Below are positions 43,401 to 57,163 of a stretch of 64,000 nucleotides of DNA, piece after piece (the first letter of the stretch is position 1; each line of letters begins with the position of its first letter). The notes under the pieces are model-generated. The model made no database searches. It was not told the origin of the DNA and saw only the letters and a program-made list of their open reading frames with translations. The translations under genes and the position numbers were made by a program. This DNA is from Eledone cirrhosa (Eukaryota). The stretch covers positions 266,228,001 to 266,292,000 of the forward strand of contig OZ024740.1 of assembly GCA_964016885.1 (NCBI GenBank), given 5' to 3'.

Positions 43401-44720
43401 CAGTCTGAAGGCTCCACCTCCAATACTGTTCACGTCTAGGACTACCAGTCTACCCTTCGGGTCCAAGTGTACTTGCTGTACTTCGATATCCAAGTTTTTC
43501 CGAAACATGACAGTCACTCACCCTCCACCTCCCGGATGACAGAGAGATGCGTAGATCTCAAAGTCATTGAAGATGAGGTTAGTTGCTGCCTGTTGTTGAT
43601 CCTGGTTTCTATACCGTGTGACCTAAGGTCGTTTAAAAGTTGGCCCTGTTTCCAGGGCATCCCTGGGCCACGCACATTCACGCTTCCAACTCGTAAGTCA
43701 GCCATGTTGGTGGAGAAGAGTTGGCAAAAAGGACGAAAAGGTGCACTTACCTTTTCGTTTCCTGGAGATCGAGTTGTTCAATCTCGATTTCAGTTCTGGT
43801 GAGGTAGGTAGGGAAAGATTTCAACAGGACACGGTTTATTGGTTTTTGGTAGGGGTTGCCAACGTCCTGTGAACACTTTTCCTTCAATGTCTGATAGGTC
43901 TCTATCGAAACCCTTATTAGTTTTAGGTGTGGTTGAGAGTCTGCTTTTACAAAAGTTTTCCTCTCAGTTTCTACTTTGGGATCTTGGGAGATGACCTCCA
44001 TTAGGTTTTCGTTGTTTGTGTTAATGTATGTGTATTGTTGTTTGTTTTTTTTGTTGTGTTGTTTTGGTTTGTTGTTCATTTTGTAGTTTTCTTTTTATGG
44101 TTGGCATTTGTGTTTGTGGGTGGTGTTGGTGTTTGTTTTGCCGGTAGGGGGGGGATGATTGTGGTGGTGTTTGTGTTGTTATTTGTGTTGGTGGTTGTGT
44201 ATTTGTGTTGGTGATTGTTGTTTTTGTAACTTTGTGGTGTCTGTTTTTTTTATTTTTTTTATTTACGGGGCTCTCCTTCATATTCACTTGGGGATAGTAG
44301 CCTCGTCTGGTGATGAATCGTCATCAGGGATTGTGGGAGGAGTATGTTTTGTGGTGATGGTGTGTTTGTGTGTGTGATTGTGGTAGTGTTGGATGGAGTG
44401 GGATGGGGTGGGACTGTGTTTTTCAGGGGAATTGTTTGTGTTTTTTCTGTTGTTTGTGTGTTTGCTTGTTTTGTGTGTTGCTGTTGTTGTTGTGGTTTTG
44501 GAGTTGGTGTTGGTAAAAGTACTTGGGGGGGGGGGGTTCGTAAGAGGAGACAAGAGGCCTTTAAATGCAATGTGCTCGCGCATTTCAAACAATGTGGCCT
44601 CCCTCCATCTGCCGAAATGTGGATATAATTGGTATTGTCTACTGGCACTCTTTCTGGTTGCATTTTTAAGGGTATGTCAATATTTTTTTTTTCTCTCACA
44701 TCTCACATGAGATGTGAGAA
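40490..44720 (-). mobile_element. Tx1/L1-clade LINE copy 1 (5'-truncated, internal RT deletion)
   Basis: ORF1 CCHC CLKCASTLHLKASC; ORF2 from 43705 MADLRVGSVNVRG, KSPGLDGLPYEFY, WQCYRGALPVR, CPRC..ETVLHAIVHC; AATAAA at the 3' end; YADD region deleted near 42027. Confidence 0.92.
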
Positions 44721-44845
44721 AACCCGCAAACCCTCCATCTCAACTCTACTTTTGAAAAGCAGAAGAACTGCGAAACCGGTAAAGGAACCAAATAAATATA
44801 TATATATATTTTTAAATAAGACTCCAGTTGCATTTTTGATTTCAT

Positions 44846-44876
<31 letters not shown>

Positions 44877-44879
44877 CGA

Positions 44880-44927
44880 GGGCGCCTTGAGGCCGTCATC
44901 AAAGCCAATGGCGGGTTTATCGAGTGA
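44880..44927 (+). mobile_element. Tc1/mariner transposase C-terminal fragment
   Basis: Translates GRLEAVIKANGGFIE*, the typical Tc1/maT terminus. Confidence 0.55.
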
Positions 44928-45029
44928 GATCGAAAGAACAAGTCATGAAGATAAACTGACCCAAGTTTGAAAACCGCCTCTCTTACGTTTTTGAAAAAGG
45001 CTGGCAGTTTGATCCTTACTATGGATAGA

Positions 45030-48000
45030 TATGTTTCTTTATTAGCCACGGGGACACAAAAGAAGGGGACAAATACAAAGGGGGAAGTTTACATACAATA
45101 ACAACGTGTAAAATGTTATCACAAATGCAATTTAAAAAGTTAGTCGATTTTCCCCAATAGCCGGAAACAGTTTATATGGGTAACACATACCCCCGAAAAA
45201 ATGTGCAACCCTCATCTCCAGGAGTACGAAGAGTTTGTACTCCTTTCCTCTCCTCCTCCTTTTCCTCAACCTACAGGCTGATATAGAGAGAAGGCCCATT
45301 CACTCGGGCCATTCTCGCCACTTTCACCCACCTTTCATAAAATTTGCTGGGGTACAGCACCTCTCTCTCCATCCTGATTCTTCTTCCAAAGTGGTATTTG
45401 AAAAAAAGAATCAGTTGTTGGCCGGAGAGAAAGGTGTCTGACCTCAGCCCTTTCAACCTTGTCCACCATACAACCTCTTTCGCCATAGCTGTCACACAAA
45501 GGAAAACCGCCTCTCCTTCGTTTTTGAAGGAGGGTGGCGGTTGGATCATGATAATGGACTCGGTGGTCAACCGGATTGGTCCCACCCGCGACAATAGTCG
45601 TTCTACATAGCCCCACAGGTCAGTGACGCCCGGGCAGTGTATGAATGCATGCGCGACGGTTTCTTCGTCTCGCACGCACCTCGGACAGATCTTTTTTGCA
45701 GGGTCCCTGCCCGGGTGCCCATGTCTGTAGAGCTTGTCTCGAACTGGTAGAGCTCCTCAGTAGCACTGCCAAGCCAGGGACTTTTGGAAGTTGTCCATCG
45801 GTCCCGGGCGGAAAGTCCTACCGAACAGACTGGCCAGTTCATCTTCCTCTACGCCTAGAGTTTCACCGAACGCGTCGTCGCACTTGCTGCGGATCAACCC
45901 TCTATAGAATGATGAAGTGGAGTCTCCACTGATCGCCGGGTCCGCCTGCCAGAGGGCTGTGAGCGCCTGAGCACATTCGATGTGCCAGTCGCCCATTTTC
46001 CTCGGTCTTTGCTTGACCCAGGACTGCAGCTCGGTCAGCGAGACGAGTCGTGGGAAGGCCTCACTAACGGGGCCCACACCGGTTGTCCGGTGAGGAATAC
46101 GTAGAGATGACGCAGCCTGAGCGCGTGTTTACGCATCGTCAACCACGGCATCCCCAGCCCTCCGTTAGAAGGGGGTTGGCAGCAGATGGATCTTCTCACC
46201 AAAGGAGCCCGCCTCTTCCAAAGGAATTGGAAGAGGGCGCGTTCCATTTTAGCGAGCGTTTTGGCTGGAGAAGGCACGACGGTCAAGCGGTAGAAGATGG
46301 CGGACGCTATAAAAGTGTTCGCCACCTCCGCTCGACCTTTCAAGGATAGTTTGCACTCGGCCCACTTCTGGGTGAGTGCAAACACCTTGGCCGTCACTTC
46401 GTTCCAGTTCTTCTCCACCTGGAGGTCTGGACCAAACCAGACCTCGAGCAGCTTTACCGGTCCTTCCGTCCAGCGTCCGACGACGCCATCGGGAGGCATC
46501 GGTTTGCCTCTCCACGATCCGAGTTGCAAACCGATGGACTTGTCCCGGTTCAGCTTCGCTCCTGTGAATTTTTCGTATTCCTTCAGTAAGGTGCCGACTT
46601 CCTCGATTTGCGAGGCGCTTGACACCATTACTGTCACGTCGTCGGCGTAGGCAGACGCCGCTTTCCGCAGTCCCGGTTCCAGAGTGATGCCCTGCAATAG
46701 CTCCAACTTCCGCAGTAGTGGCTCGAGAGCTAGTACGTACAGAAGGGAGGAGAGAGGGCATCCCTGTCGAATGGATCGCGTAATATGGAACGGCTACGAG
46801 AGGTAGCCGTTCACCTTGACCCTTGAGCAGATATTGCTGTTGTGCATTGCAGCAATCCAGCCCCTGAACACGGGTCCGAAGCCTGCCGCCTCGAGCACCG
46901 CATCCAGGTAACGATGGTCAACCCTATCGAAAGCCTTAGACTGATCCAAGTTGATCAGGGCCCCACCGAAGCCGGGTTTACACCCTACCCTCTCTATCAT
47001 GTATAGCATGAGGTGGAGGTTGTCGTGTATGGACATGGTCGAGATTGCGCATGTCTGCGCTTCTCCCACCAGGTTCCCGACGACAAGCGCCAGCCTCTTT
47101 GCCAACACCTTGGCCAAAATCTGTAACTCTGTGTTTAGCAGAGTTATGGGCCGGAAGTTTCTTATGTCATCCCCCTTATTCTCCTCCTTCCTGATTAGTG
47201 TGACTACGCCCCCGGTTACAGAACTGGGAATTCTCCCGTTCTGTTGCCAGTTGCAGTATACGGCTTCCAGGAGACCGGAGAATAAGTCCGGCATTGCTAC
47301 ATAAAATTCGTAGGGTAGACCGACGAGACCTGGAGCTTTGCGTTTGCCGCATTGGCTCAGCGCGTCCCCTATCTCAGCGGCTTAAATCGGCTTTTCGCAG
47401 AACTTTGCCTCGTTGTCCGAGAGTCGCGGTAGGCCGTCGAGGTATGGACCGAAATCCATAGCCCCTCCCGGCGCGCCGCCCCGCCCGAACAGTTGAGCAA
47501 AGTGCCGCTGAAAGGCTGCACACATCTGCTTCGGCTCACGTATCACGCATCCGTTTTGGTCCTTCAAAGACCGAATCGTGGACTTGTTGCCACTTTTTGC
47601 CTCCGTCACTCGAGCCCAGCTAACAGCTTTGGCTCCCTCGTTTCCCAGAGCACGTATTTTGCTTCTGACGACGCAGCCCTCGTGTTTTGCGTCGAAGAAC
47701 TGGTCCAAAGCCGTTCTCGTTGCTAGCACGCTGGCTACGTTGCCACTTCTAATTGCCTCTTCTACTTTATCTACCAGTTCTTTCTCGGTTCTATTTCTAT
47801 CTAACGCTAATTCTTTACTAAAAACTAACGAGTCTAATCTAACTGCCCTCTTGAGAGAATACCACCATCTGTTGTTGACAATGGCCCCTGTCAAGTGCTG
47901 TTTAACTAAAGTGTTAATCCGTCTATTGTAGGCTTTGCTTGTCGGTAACGACAAGTTCAGCTTCCAGTAGCCGGGTCCTTGTCTATGGGTTCTATCAAGG

Positions 48001-50815
48001 TTGGCCATGCAGGTCACTAGTTTGTGATTTGAATAGACAACCATGAACATTTGTGGACAGCTTAACATGTCCCTATCCTTATTTCTAACTAGAACCCTAT
48101 CTAGGTACGATCTAGATGTTCCGCTACGATTACTCCACGTTCACAGTGGTGCAGTCGGAAAATCTAGTCGATATCTATCGGCCAGGTCAAATCGGTCGAT
48201 TAACTGTTTGAGGCTGTTACACCCCCCTTTATCGGGACATGCTCCCACATAGTCCCAACGTGCATCTAGGATTCCATTCCAGTCCCCCACTAAAAGCAAG
48301 GAGCGGGACGTTCCCAGAAAAGTCTCTAGACGTTTGAAGAAGTCTAGCCGCGGTGTCACGGATGGGGCATATGCACCAGCCTGAAGGCTCCACCTTCAGT
48401 ACCGTCAACGTCTAGGACCACCAGTCGACCCTCCGGGTCCAGATGTACCGTCTGTGTTACGAGGCCCAGGTGTTTCCGCAGAAAAACGGCAACTCCGCCC
48501 CACCCCCCGGTTGACAGAGAGATGCGTAGATCTCAAAGTCATCGAAGATGGGGGCCAGCTGCCTCTCACTGTGGATCCTGGACTCGCAAATGGCTACCAC
48601 ATCTATACTGTGCGACCTGAGGTCGTTTAAGAGTTTGCCCTGTTTCCAAGGCATCCCCAGGTTGCGTACGTTCACACATCCAACTCTTATATTGGCCATG
48701 TTGGTGCTGAAAAGTTAAAAGAGAAAAAGAGATCACTCACCCTTCGTCTCCTGGGGACCAGGCCGCACGATTTCCATGGGGGTGTTGGAGGGGTTGTCTG
48801 GATGGGTGGTGGTTTCCGGCGGGGTGGGGACGGAGATGTTTGGTGGGGTGGGGTCTGGTGGGATTGGGGTGTCTTGGCTGGGGAGACATTTGAGAAGGAC
48901 GCGGTTAAGTGGTTTCACGCAGGAATTCCCCACATCCTTCTCAAATGTTTCTTTTAGGGACCTATAAGTTTGTATAAGGACCCTAATCAGTTATAGGTTC
49001 AGTTTTTTGTTATTTTTAATAGAGTGGGCGAAAGTTTTCCCTTCGGTTTTCACCGAAGGGTCGTTCGTGATGGTCTCCATTAGTGTTTTGTTTTCAGTGT
49101 TTATGTAAGTGTAAGTGTAATTTTCTTGTGTTGTGTTTGTTTTTGTCTGTAGTTCTTGTGTGTGCTTTCGTTTTGTTGTAGGTATTTTGTTTTCAGGAGG
49201 CAGGGGTTTTGTTTGTGATGCTTTTGTTGTTTGTGTTGGTGGTTGTATGTTTGTGGTAGTGTTTGCTGGTTTTTTGCTTTTGTGATGTGTTTTCTTTCTT
49301 TTCGAGCGATGGGGTTCTCCCTCGTCTTCACTGGGTGGTGGCGAGATAGCCTCATCTGTTGTATCGTCTGTGTGATTGGGGAGGGGTATGTCTTGGGGAG
49401 CTGTTGTGTCTGTATGTGATTTTGCAGTGGTTTTAGGTGGAGTGGGGTTGGGTGGGACTCTGTTTGTTGTGGTTATTTTTGTGTGTTGGTGTTGTTGTTG
49501 TTGTGGTGGTGTTGGTGGTTGTGTTATTTTGATGGGTGTCGGCAGAAGAGCCTTTTTTTTATTCATTAATTTAGGAGAGGAAGCCCTCAGGTGACCCCTG
49601 CTAAAGCAATGGTAACATGAAGGCCGCCTACCCTCAACCGAAAAGTTTATGTAGGTGAGTCCGTCCAGGAGTACACGTTGTGGGATCATAGCTATTCGCT
49701 CTGGGCTCATTTGCACCAGAACTCCAATGCTAGTCCCATTGAATACATCTCTGGGGGACTTTCCTACTGACAGTATTCTGTCTTCATCAAAATTGATGAA
49801 GCCGCACAGTATCCACCATATGTTCACCTTTGGTGTGACACTCGTGATTTTAATCTTCTATGTCCTTTTTCCCATGCATGTAGGGGAAGAGGTATACAGG
49901 TTGGATACAATTGGCGACACAGAGTAATTTTGGGCCGTCAATTGATCCTTCGTGAGTACCGAAATACTCCCAAAAAGTTTGCTTCTTTGAATGAATGCAA
50001 TATCATTCATTGAATTTTTGAAAACCAGTTCAATTTCTTTCTGTGACAATTGGACTGGTTTTCGGGTAGAATTAGAAACTGTCCTAAAAACTATCGTTTT
50101 GAGAGCAGTTTCCTTGCGAATTTCTACCGGAGAATTGATGCTGAAAGCACCATTTTTTTCGAAAGTGACATATCTCCTAGCGTCCTTTAAAAGTTGTTCG
50201 GCATTTGTTATGTCGAGATATGTCAGTTCCTCCTTTTTTTTAACTGTCTGTGCAAAGGAGATTTTTGGTTTCTTTGTGGAATTATCCGTGTTGGTGGTGT
50301 TGTCATTATTGTTGTTATTGTTGTTGTTATTCTTGTTGTCACTGATGTTTATATTATTCGTATTTTCCTTGGTGTTGGTGTTGGTGTTGTTGTTGTTGTT
50401 GTTGTTGTTGTCTTTGATGCTGGTGTTATTGGTGTTGTCTTTATATTTGTCTTTCTTGCTGTTGTCATTGTTGTTTTTATCATCATTATTGGTGTCATTG
50501 TTATTTTTGTTGTCATTTGTGTTGTCTGGATATGAATTTGTTTTTACATTTTCATTTCGTCTTTCCATCACCATAGTATCTAGGGAAGAAGACGATGTTG
50601 ACTGCGAGCTCTGTAGTCTTACCGACTCTCCACCACCATTATCGTTGAAACGAATATTTCGCCCCTGTAGGGGCGAAAATGAGTTGACCCACCATCTGAA
50701 GGTGCAGACGGGGGGGGGGGGTCAATTTACACAATAATATAAAATTTAACTGAAAAATCACGTTTTTTTCTTACATAAAATAACGGAAACTTCTCCGCGA
50801 AGTTACACACGTCTG
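45030..50815 (-). mobile_element. Tx1/L1-clade LINE copy 2, near full-length, frameshifted
   Basis: 5' AGACGTGT; ORF1 about 50574-48733 (Asn-rich, ISFAQTVK, CYHCFSRGH); ORF2 48699-45271 (VGDWNGILD, FRPITLLN, LDQSKAFDRV, SAYADDVTV, GGLGMP, zf-RVT). Confidence 0.95.
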
Positions 50816-50829
50816 GTAGAGAGAGAGAG

Positions 50830-50950
<121 letters not shown>

Positions 50951-50954
50951 ACTA

Positions 50955-53900
50955 TATTTATTTGCCACCAGGGCATCAAAGATTGCGTCAAATACAAGGG
51001 GGGAGTTTACATACATTTCAAAGGACGTGTAAAAACATATAACAAATAAAATTCAACAATCGAAGTCCTCAATAGGGAGGGGGCGTTGACGTGGGTCGCA
51101 CCGAAAAAATGTGCAACCCTCCTCCTCAGGAGCACAAAGAGCGGGTGCTCCCTTCCTCTCCTCTTTCTTCTCCTCTCTCACCTACAGGCTGATATAGAGA
51201 GAAGGCCCATTCACTCGGGCCATTCTCGAAACTTTCACCCACCTTTCATAAAACATGCTGGGGTACAGCACCTCTCTCTTGATTCTGATCCTTCTTCTAA
51301 AATGGTACTTGAAAAAAAAGGACCAGTTGTTGGCCGGAGAGAAAAGTGTCTGACCTCAACCCTTTCAACCTCGTCCACCATACATCCTCTTTCGCCATAG
51401 CTATCACACAGAGGAAAACCGCCTCTCCTTCGTTTTTGAAGGGGGGGCGGTTTGCTTGTGACAATGTACTCGGTGGTCAACCGGATTGGTCCCACTCGCG
51501 ACAGTAGTCGTTCCACATAGCCCCACAGGTCAGCAACGCCCGGGCAGTGTACGAATGCGTGTACGACGGTTTCCTCGTCACCCACGCATCTCGGACAGAT
51601 CTTCTTCGAGGGGTCCCTACTCGGGCGCCCGTGTCTGTAGAGCTTCTCCCGAACGGGTAGAGGTCCTCGGTAGCACTGCCAAGCCAGAGACTTTTGGAAA
51701 TTGTCCATCGGTCCCGGGCCAAACGTACTATTGAACAGACTGGCTAGCTTGTCTTCCTCCATTCCCAGAGCCTCTCCGAGAGCGTGTCGCACTTGCTGCG
51801 CACCAACCCTCTATAGAATGTTGAGGTTGAGTCTCCATTGAATGCCGGATCCGCTTGCCAGAGGGCTGTGAGCGCCTGGGCACATTCATTGTGCCAGTCG
51901 CCCATTTTTCTCGGTCTTTGCTTGACCCAGGATTGCAGCTCGGTGAGTGAGACGAGTCTCGGAAAGGCTCGCCTCACAAAAGGGGCCCACACCGGCTGAC
52001 CGGTGAGGAATACCTGGAGGTACCGTAGCCTTAATGCGTGTCTACGCACCGTCAGTCACGGCATCCCCAGCCCTCCGTTCGGAGGGTGTTGACAGCAGAT
52101 GGATCTTCTCACTAAAGGGGCCCGCTTCTTCCAAAGGAATTGGAAGAGCGCGCGTTCCATTTTGGCGAGCGTTTTCGCTAGGCAAGGCACGTCGGTCAAG
52201 CGGTAGTAAATGACGGACGCTATATAAGTGTTCGCCACCTCCGCTCGACCTTTCAAGGATAGTTTGCACTCGGCCCACTTCTGGTCGAGTGCAAACACCC
52301 TGCCTGTTACCTCGTCCCACTTTTTCTCCACCTGGAGGTCCGGTCCGAACCAGACCCGAGCAGCTTCACCGGTCCCTCCGTCCAGCGTACGAGGACGCCG
52401 TCGGATGGCATCGGTTTGCCTCTCCACGTTCCGAGTTGCAAACCGACGGACTTGTCCCGGTTCAGCTTGGCTTCTGTAAACCTTTCGTATTCCTCCAGTA
52501 ATGTGCCGATCTGCCCGATTTCCGAGGCGCACGACACTATTACTGTCACGTCATCGGCGTAGGCCGACACCGCTTTCCGCAATCCCAGTTCCAGCTCCAA
52601 CTTCTGCAGTAGTGGCTCGAGAGCCAGCACATACAGAGGGGAGGGAAGAGGGAATCCCTGTCAGATGGATCGCGCGATTTGGAACGGCTCCGAGAGGTAG
52701 CCGTTCCCCTTGCCCCTCGAGCAGGTGTTGCTGCTGTGCATTTCAGCAATCCAGCCCCTGAAAACGGGTCCGAAGCCTGTCGCTGCGAGCACCGCATCCA
52801 GGTGCCGATGGTCGACCCTATCGAACGCCTTAGATTGATCCAAGTTGATCAGAGCCCCACCAAAGCCGGGTTCGTTCCCTACTCTCTCTATAATGTATCG
52901 CATGAGGTGGAGGTTGTCGTGTATGGACCTGGGCGGGATTGCGCATGTCTGCGCTTCTCCCACCAGGTTCCCGACGACAAGCGCCAACCTCTTCGCTAAC
53001 ACCTTGGCCAAAATCTTTAACTCTGTGTTTAGCAGAGTTATGGGCCTGAAGTTATCTATGTCATCCCCCTTGTTCTCCTCCTTCCTCACCAGCGTGACTA
53101 CGACCTTGGTCACAGAACTGGGAATTCTCCTGTTCTGTTGCCAGTTGCAGTAGACCGCCTCGAGGAGATTAGAGAACAAGTCCGGCATCGCTTTATAAAG
53201 TTCGTATGGTAGACCATCGAGACCGGGAGATTTGCGTTTGCCGCATTGGCTCAGCGCTTCCCCTATCTCAGCGGCTGAAATCGGCCTTTCGCAGAACTCC
53301 GCCTCCCCGTCCGAGAGCAGTGGCAGACCGTCGAGGTATGGACCGAAATCCATGGTCTCACCCGCCCCACCGCCCCTCCTGAACATCGTGCAAAGCGCCG
53401 TTGAAAGGCCGCGCACATCCGCTCAGGTTCAAGGATCACGCGTCCATCCTGGTCCTTCAAAGACCGAATCGTGGACTTGTTTCCACTTTTTGCCTCTGTC
53501 ACTCGAACCCAGCTAACAGCTTTGGCTCCCTCGTTACCCAGAGCACGTATTTTACTCCTGACAACGCAGCCCTCGTGCTTCGCGTCAAAGAACTGGTCTA
53601 CGCCGCCTGCCCTCAACAGAAATTTTTATGAAGGCAACTCCATCCAGGGACACACGCTGCGATATTCTTGCTATCCGTTCTGGTCTCATTTGGACCAGAA
53701 CTTCAAGGCTATTGCCGCCGAATACGCCCCCGGTGGATTCGCCTATCGAAAGGATTGTGTCCTCATCTTCTAAGAATCCCGTTAGTACCCACCAAATGCT
53801 CACATTTGACCTGATGCCTGAGATTCTTATCTTTTGAGGTTTTTTCCCCAAATATGTGGGGAAAAAGGTGTATGCTTTGGATACAATTGGCGACACAGAA

Positions 53901-54760
53901 TTTTTCCGTGCTGCCAATTCATCTTGCATTAAAACAGATATGCTTCCATACAGTTTCCCTTTCTGTATGAAAGTGATATCCTTCCAGGCACTACTAGTAC
54001 CAGCTCAATTTCGCTTTTGGACAATTGAGCCGGTTTCCTAGTCGCGTTCGAAACTGTCCTAAAAATTACGGTTCTGAGGACTGTGTCCCTTCTAATTTCT
54101 TCGGGGGAGGTAATTGTGAATTCCCCACCTTCCCCGAAACTTACACAATTCCTTGCTCTTTCAGAAATTTCTTGGCATTCGAGATGTCCAGTGCCTTGTA
54201 TGTCTGCGTTTCTCGAACCGCCTGTGCGAAGGAGACTGCAGCTGTGGGTCCGTTTTCTTTCGTGATGTTATCATTGTTGTTGTTGTTATTCGTGTTCGCA
54301 TGCTTTTTTCCTTTGTTGGTGTTGTCATTATTGCTGTTGTTGGTTGTGTTGTTATTTTCATTGTTGCTGTTGTTGGTTGTGTTGTTATTGTCATTGTTGC
54401 TGTTGTTGGTTGTGTTGTTATTGTCATTGTTGTTCTTGTTTGTGTAATTGTTACTTTTGGGGTTTTCACCCATTCCCACAATTTTTTCTTTTGGTTCCGT
54501 GGTGTCTTTTGCGGGAGTGAGGAGAGAAGGTTTACAGCGTTGTGCTGCTACCTTCCCTCAATCACTTTCCCTGTGGGGCGATAACTTATAACTATCAAAT
54601 TTCGCCCCAAAAAGGGACGAAATTTATTTTACCCAACGTCTGCAGGCTCAGGCGAGGGTTAAACACAACAAATAACAAGTAGCTTAAACAAACCTACCGC
54701 TTCTCGTAATAAATTCCGACAAAATGCAGGAGCGAAACAAAAACACGTCTATCTTCTTCG
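50955..54760 (-). mobile_element. Tx1/L1-clade LINE copy 3 with ~1.9-kb internal deletion (no ORF1 knuckle, no APE)
   Basis: 5' AGACGTGT next to (GATA)n 54760-54800; ORF1 ..ISVEGRR fused to ORF2 DQFFDAKHEG at about 53600; RT SAYADDVTV. Confidence 0.93.
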
Positions 54761-54800
<40 letters not shown>

Positions 54801-55059
54801 TATCTATATTCATATATATGTTGACTATGTATGTTCCTTCAGTATCGTTGTTTCTCTTGACCTGAATACAGAAGAATAATTAATTACTTATGTTTGTATT
54901 AATTACGAATATTGTTTCAAATTCCATTGAGATATTTAGCTAATTAGATTTCATTCTGTAGTTGAAAGTCATTTTTAATATTCCATTAAAACAATTTTGC
55001 AAACATATCACTGAGAGAATGTTAACAATCGAAATATGAATTGTTTTTTGTTTTGATTT

Positions 55060-55181
<122 letters not shown>

Positions 55182-55231
55182 TGTGTGTGTGCGTGTGTGT
55201 GTGTGTGTGTGATTTTCATCTTAATTATATA

Positions 55232-55392
55232 TAAGGCTGCGAATTGACAGAATCATTGGAACGTCAGATAGAATGCAATGCAGTATTCGTTCCGACTCTC
55301 TGCTCTCTAAGTTCAAATCCCGTTGAGATCAACTTTGCTTTTCATCCATTTAAGGTCGTTAAAAAAGTATTAGTCTACTAATGGAGTCAATT
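55232..55392 (+). mobile_element. Diverged tRNA-derived SINE
   Basis: aagttcaaatcccg..caactttgcttttcatcc..ggtcg. Confidence 0.7.
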
Positions 55393-56101
55393 CTTCCTTT
55401 ATATCTCTTTCCCACTTCCATTCTCTCACTCTCTATCCTTCTCTGGAAGAAATCTGTTGTATTCAGACCTGGAGAGGGGATTGGCTCCGCCATGTTTAAA
55501 AATACCATAGAAACGCCATATGTCAATATGACACCCCTACGACGCCCTTAGGAGTTACGGATCCATACATACATACTATTATATGTATTAAATTCATATT
55601 ATGTTGTGTAATTTTACCTTAAACATTGCGTGACAAATCTACACAAATAGATGAATAATATATACTGAATATTCTTCAAAACATCGTAAACAGTCTGACT
55701 GGGAAATATGCCTTGTTTTAGTCACATCAGAATTTGTGACATTAAACTATGTGTAAATCATATACATTTCGGTTGTGTTCACATGCTTGTTATTTTTAAA
55801 GACTGACTATACATAACACCAATACGGCTGCTGTTTTCCATTTTTATTTCCGTTGTCCTTGTTCTTGTTATTTTACCATATGCCAGTCTCTGTCTGAGAC
55901 AGCCGTGTCTCTTATCTATATCAGGGACAACACTATCCAATATATCTTTCTTTAAGATGGTAGCGTGTTTTCATATAAACTTGACTCCTATTTCTCGCCC
56001 AGAGATTCCTCACTTGGGGTCCGTGCAGGTCCTTCTCTAAAGAATTTTGGATAAAAAAATATACATGATTATTATCTTTTATAAAGATATTAATGATAAA
56101 A

Positions 56102-56152
<51 letters not shown>

Positions 56153-56281
56153 GCTTTAGCACTCATATGAGGTAAGACCCCAGAGTATAACATTATGTTC
56201 AGACAGCTTAGCAAATTAGATATAGCAGTCGGCAGTCCGACCTCATCACTAGAGCAACGAAAATACAGGACCCAAGTAAAG

Positions 56282-56342
<61 letters not shown>

Positions 56343-56381
56343 ATATTAAATAAATGGAAACTATATTTATAAAACCATATT

Positions 56382-56442
56382 TATTCTATTATATATATTT
56401 CAAGGGTACCAAAACTTTGGTACGCTCTCATCAGATAAAATA
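56382..56442 (-). ncRNA. Type I hammerhead, family A
   Basis: TATTTTAT-CTGATGA-GAGCGTACCAAA gt TTTGGTACCCTT-GAAA-TATATATA-ATAGAATA. Confidence 0.78.
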
Positions 56443-56512
56443 CAAAGTTTGTTTTATAAATTTTGACATAACCAAGAAAAGATACCTTAACGGTTCAAGT
56501 TTTTCATGGATA

Positions 56513-56573
56513 GATTTTCTTTGGTGAGAGTGTACCAAAGTTTTGGTACCCTTGAAATATATATCATAGAATA
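56513..56573 (+). ncRNA. Family A hammerhead, core mutated (TTGGTGA)
   Basis: Inverted partner of 56382-56442; IR arms about 56338-56434/56521-56617. Confidence 0.5.
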
Positions 56574-57098
56574 AATATGGTTTTATAAATATAGTTTCCA
56601 TTTATTTAATATCATTGAATATTATACTCCAGAAATTGTCGAGTGCTCTGAATCAGTTATAAAGATTTGTATTTGTTGAAATACCAACAAATTGAATATC
56701 CCTTTTGCTTATATATATATATATATAGGAAAATGATCAAGACCCCGACGGCAGAGCTCAACTACCCACTCTACTACCCTAAGTATTGAGTACTCTGGTG
56801 CGTTATGGTCCACCTGGTTCCTTACCACACTTGCTTCGTTATATATATATATATATATATAGTAATAATAATAAATTTGAAGACTAAAATCCAAATCGTT
56901 AAGGGTGAAAGCAGCGATTCTTTGCTTAAACTTTAATCTGTTATTTTAATAAATATATATATATATATATGTAAAAGTTTTATTTAAATTGTTGAGATAC
57001 AACAAGCAAATATTTTTATAACTGATATAAAGCACTCAACAAATATTTGGAGTAAAAAAGGGTATGTCAATATTTATTTATAAAACTGATCTATATTA

Positions 57099-57163
57099 TA
57101 TTTTATCTGATGAAAGCACACCATAATTTAACTTGGTGTCCTTGAAATATGTATAATGAAATA
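57099..57163 (+). ncRNA. Type I hammerhead, family A
   Basis: Near-identical to 17524-17588 with intact 8-bp stem I; preceded by an inverted pLTR tail at 56970-57057. Confidence 0.72.

Noticed and set aside
44875-44882. TACGAGGG as a mariner TIR start
   Set aside because: No partner TIR nearby; overlaps the transposase C-terminal scrap, probably coincidental
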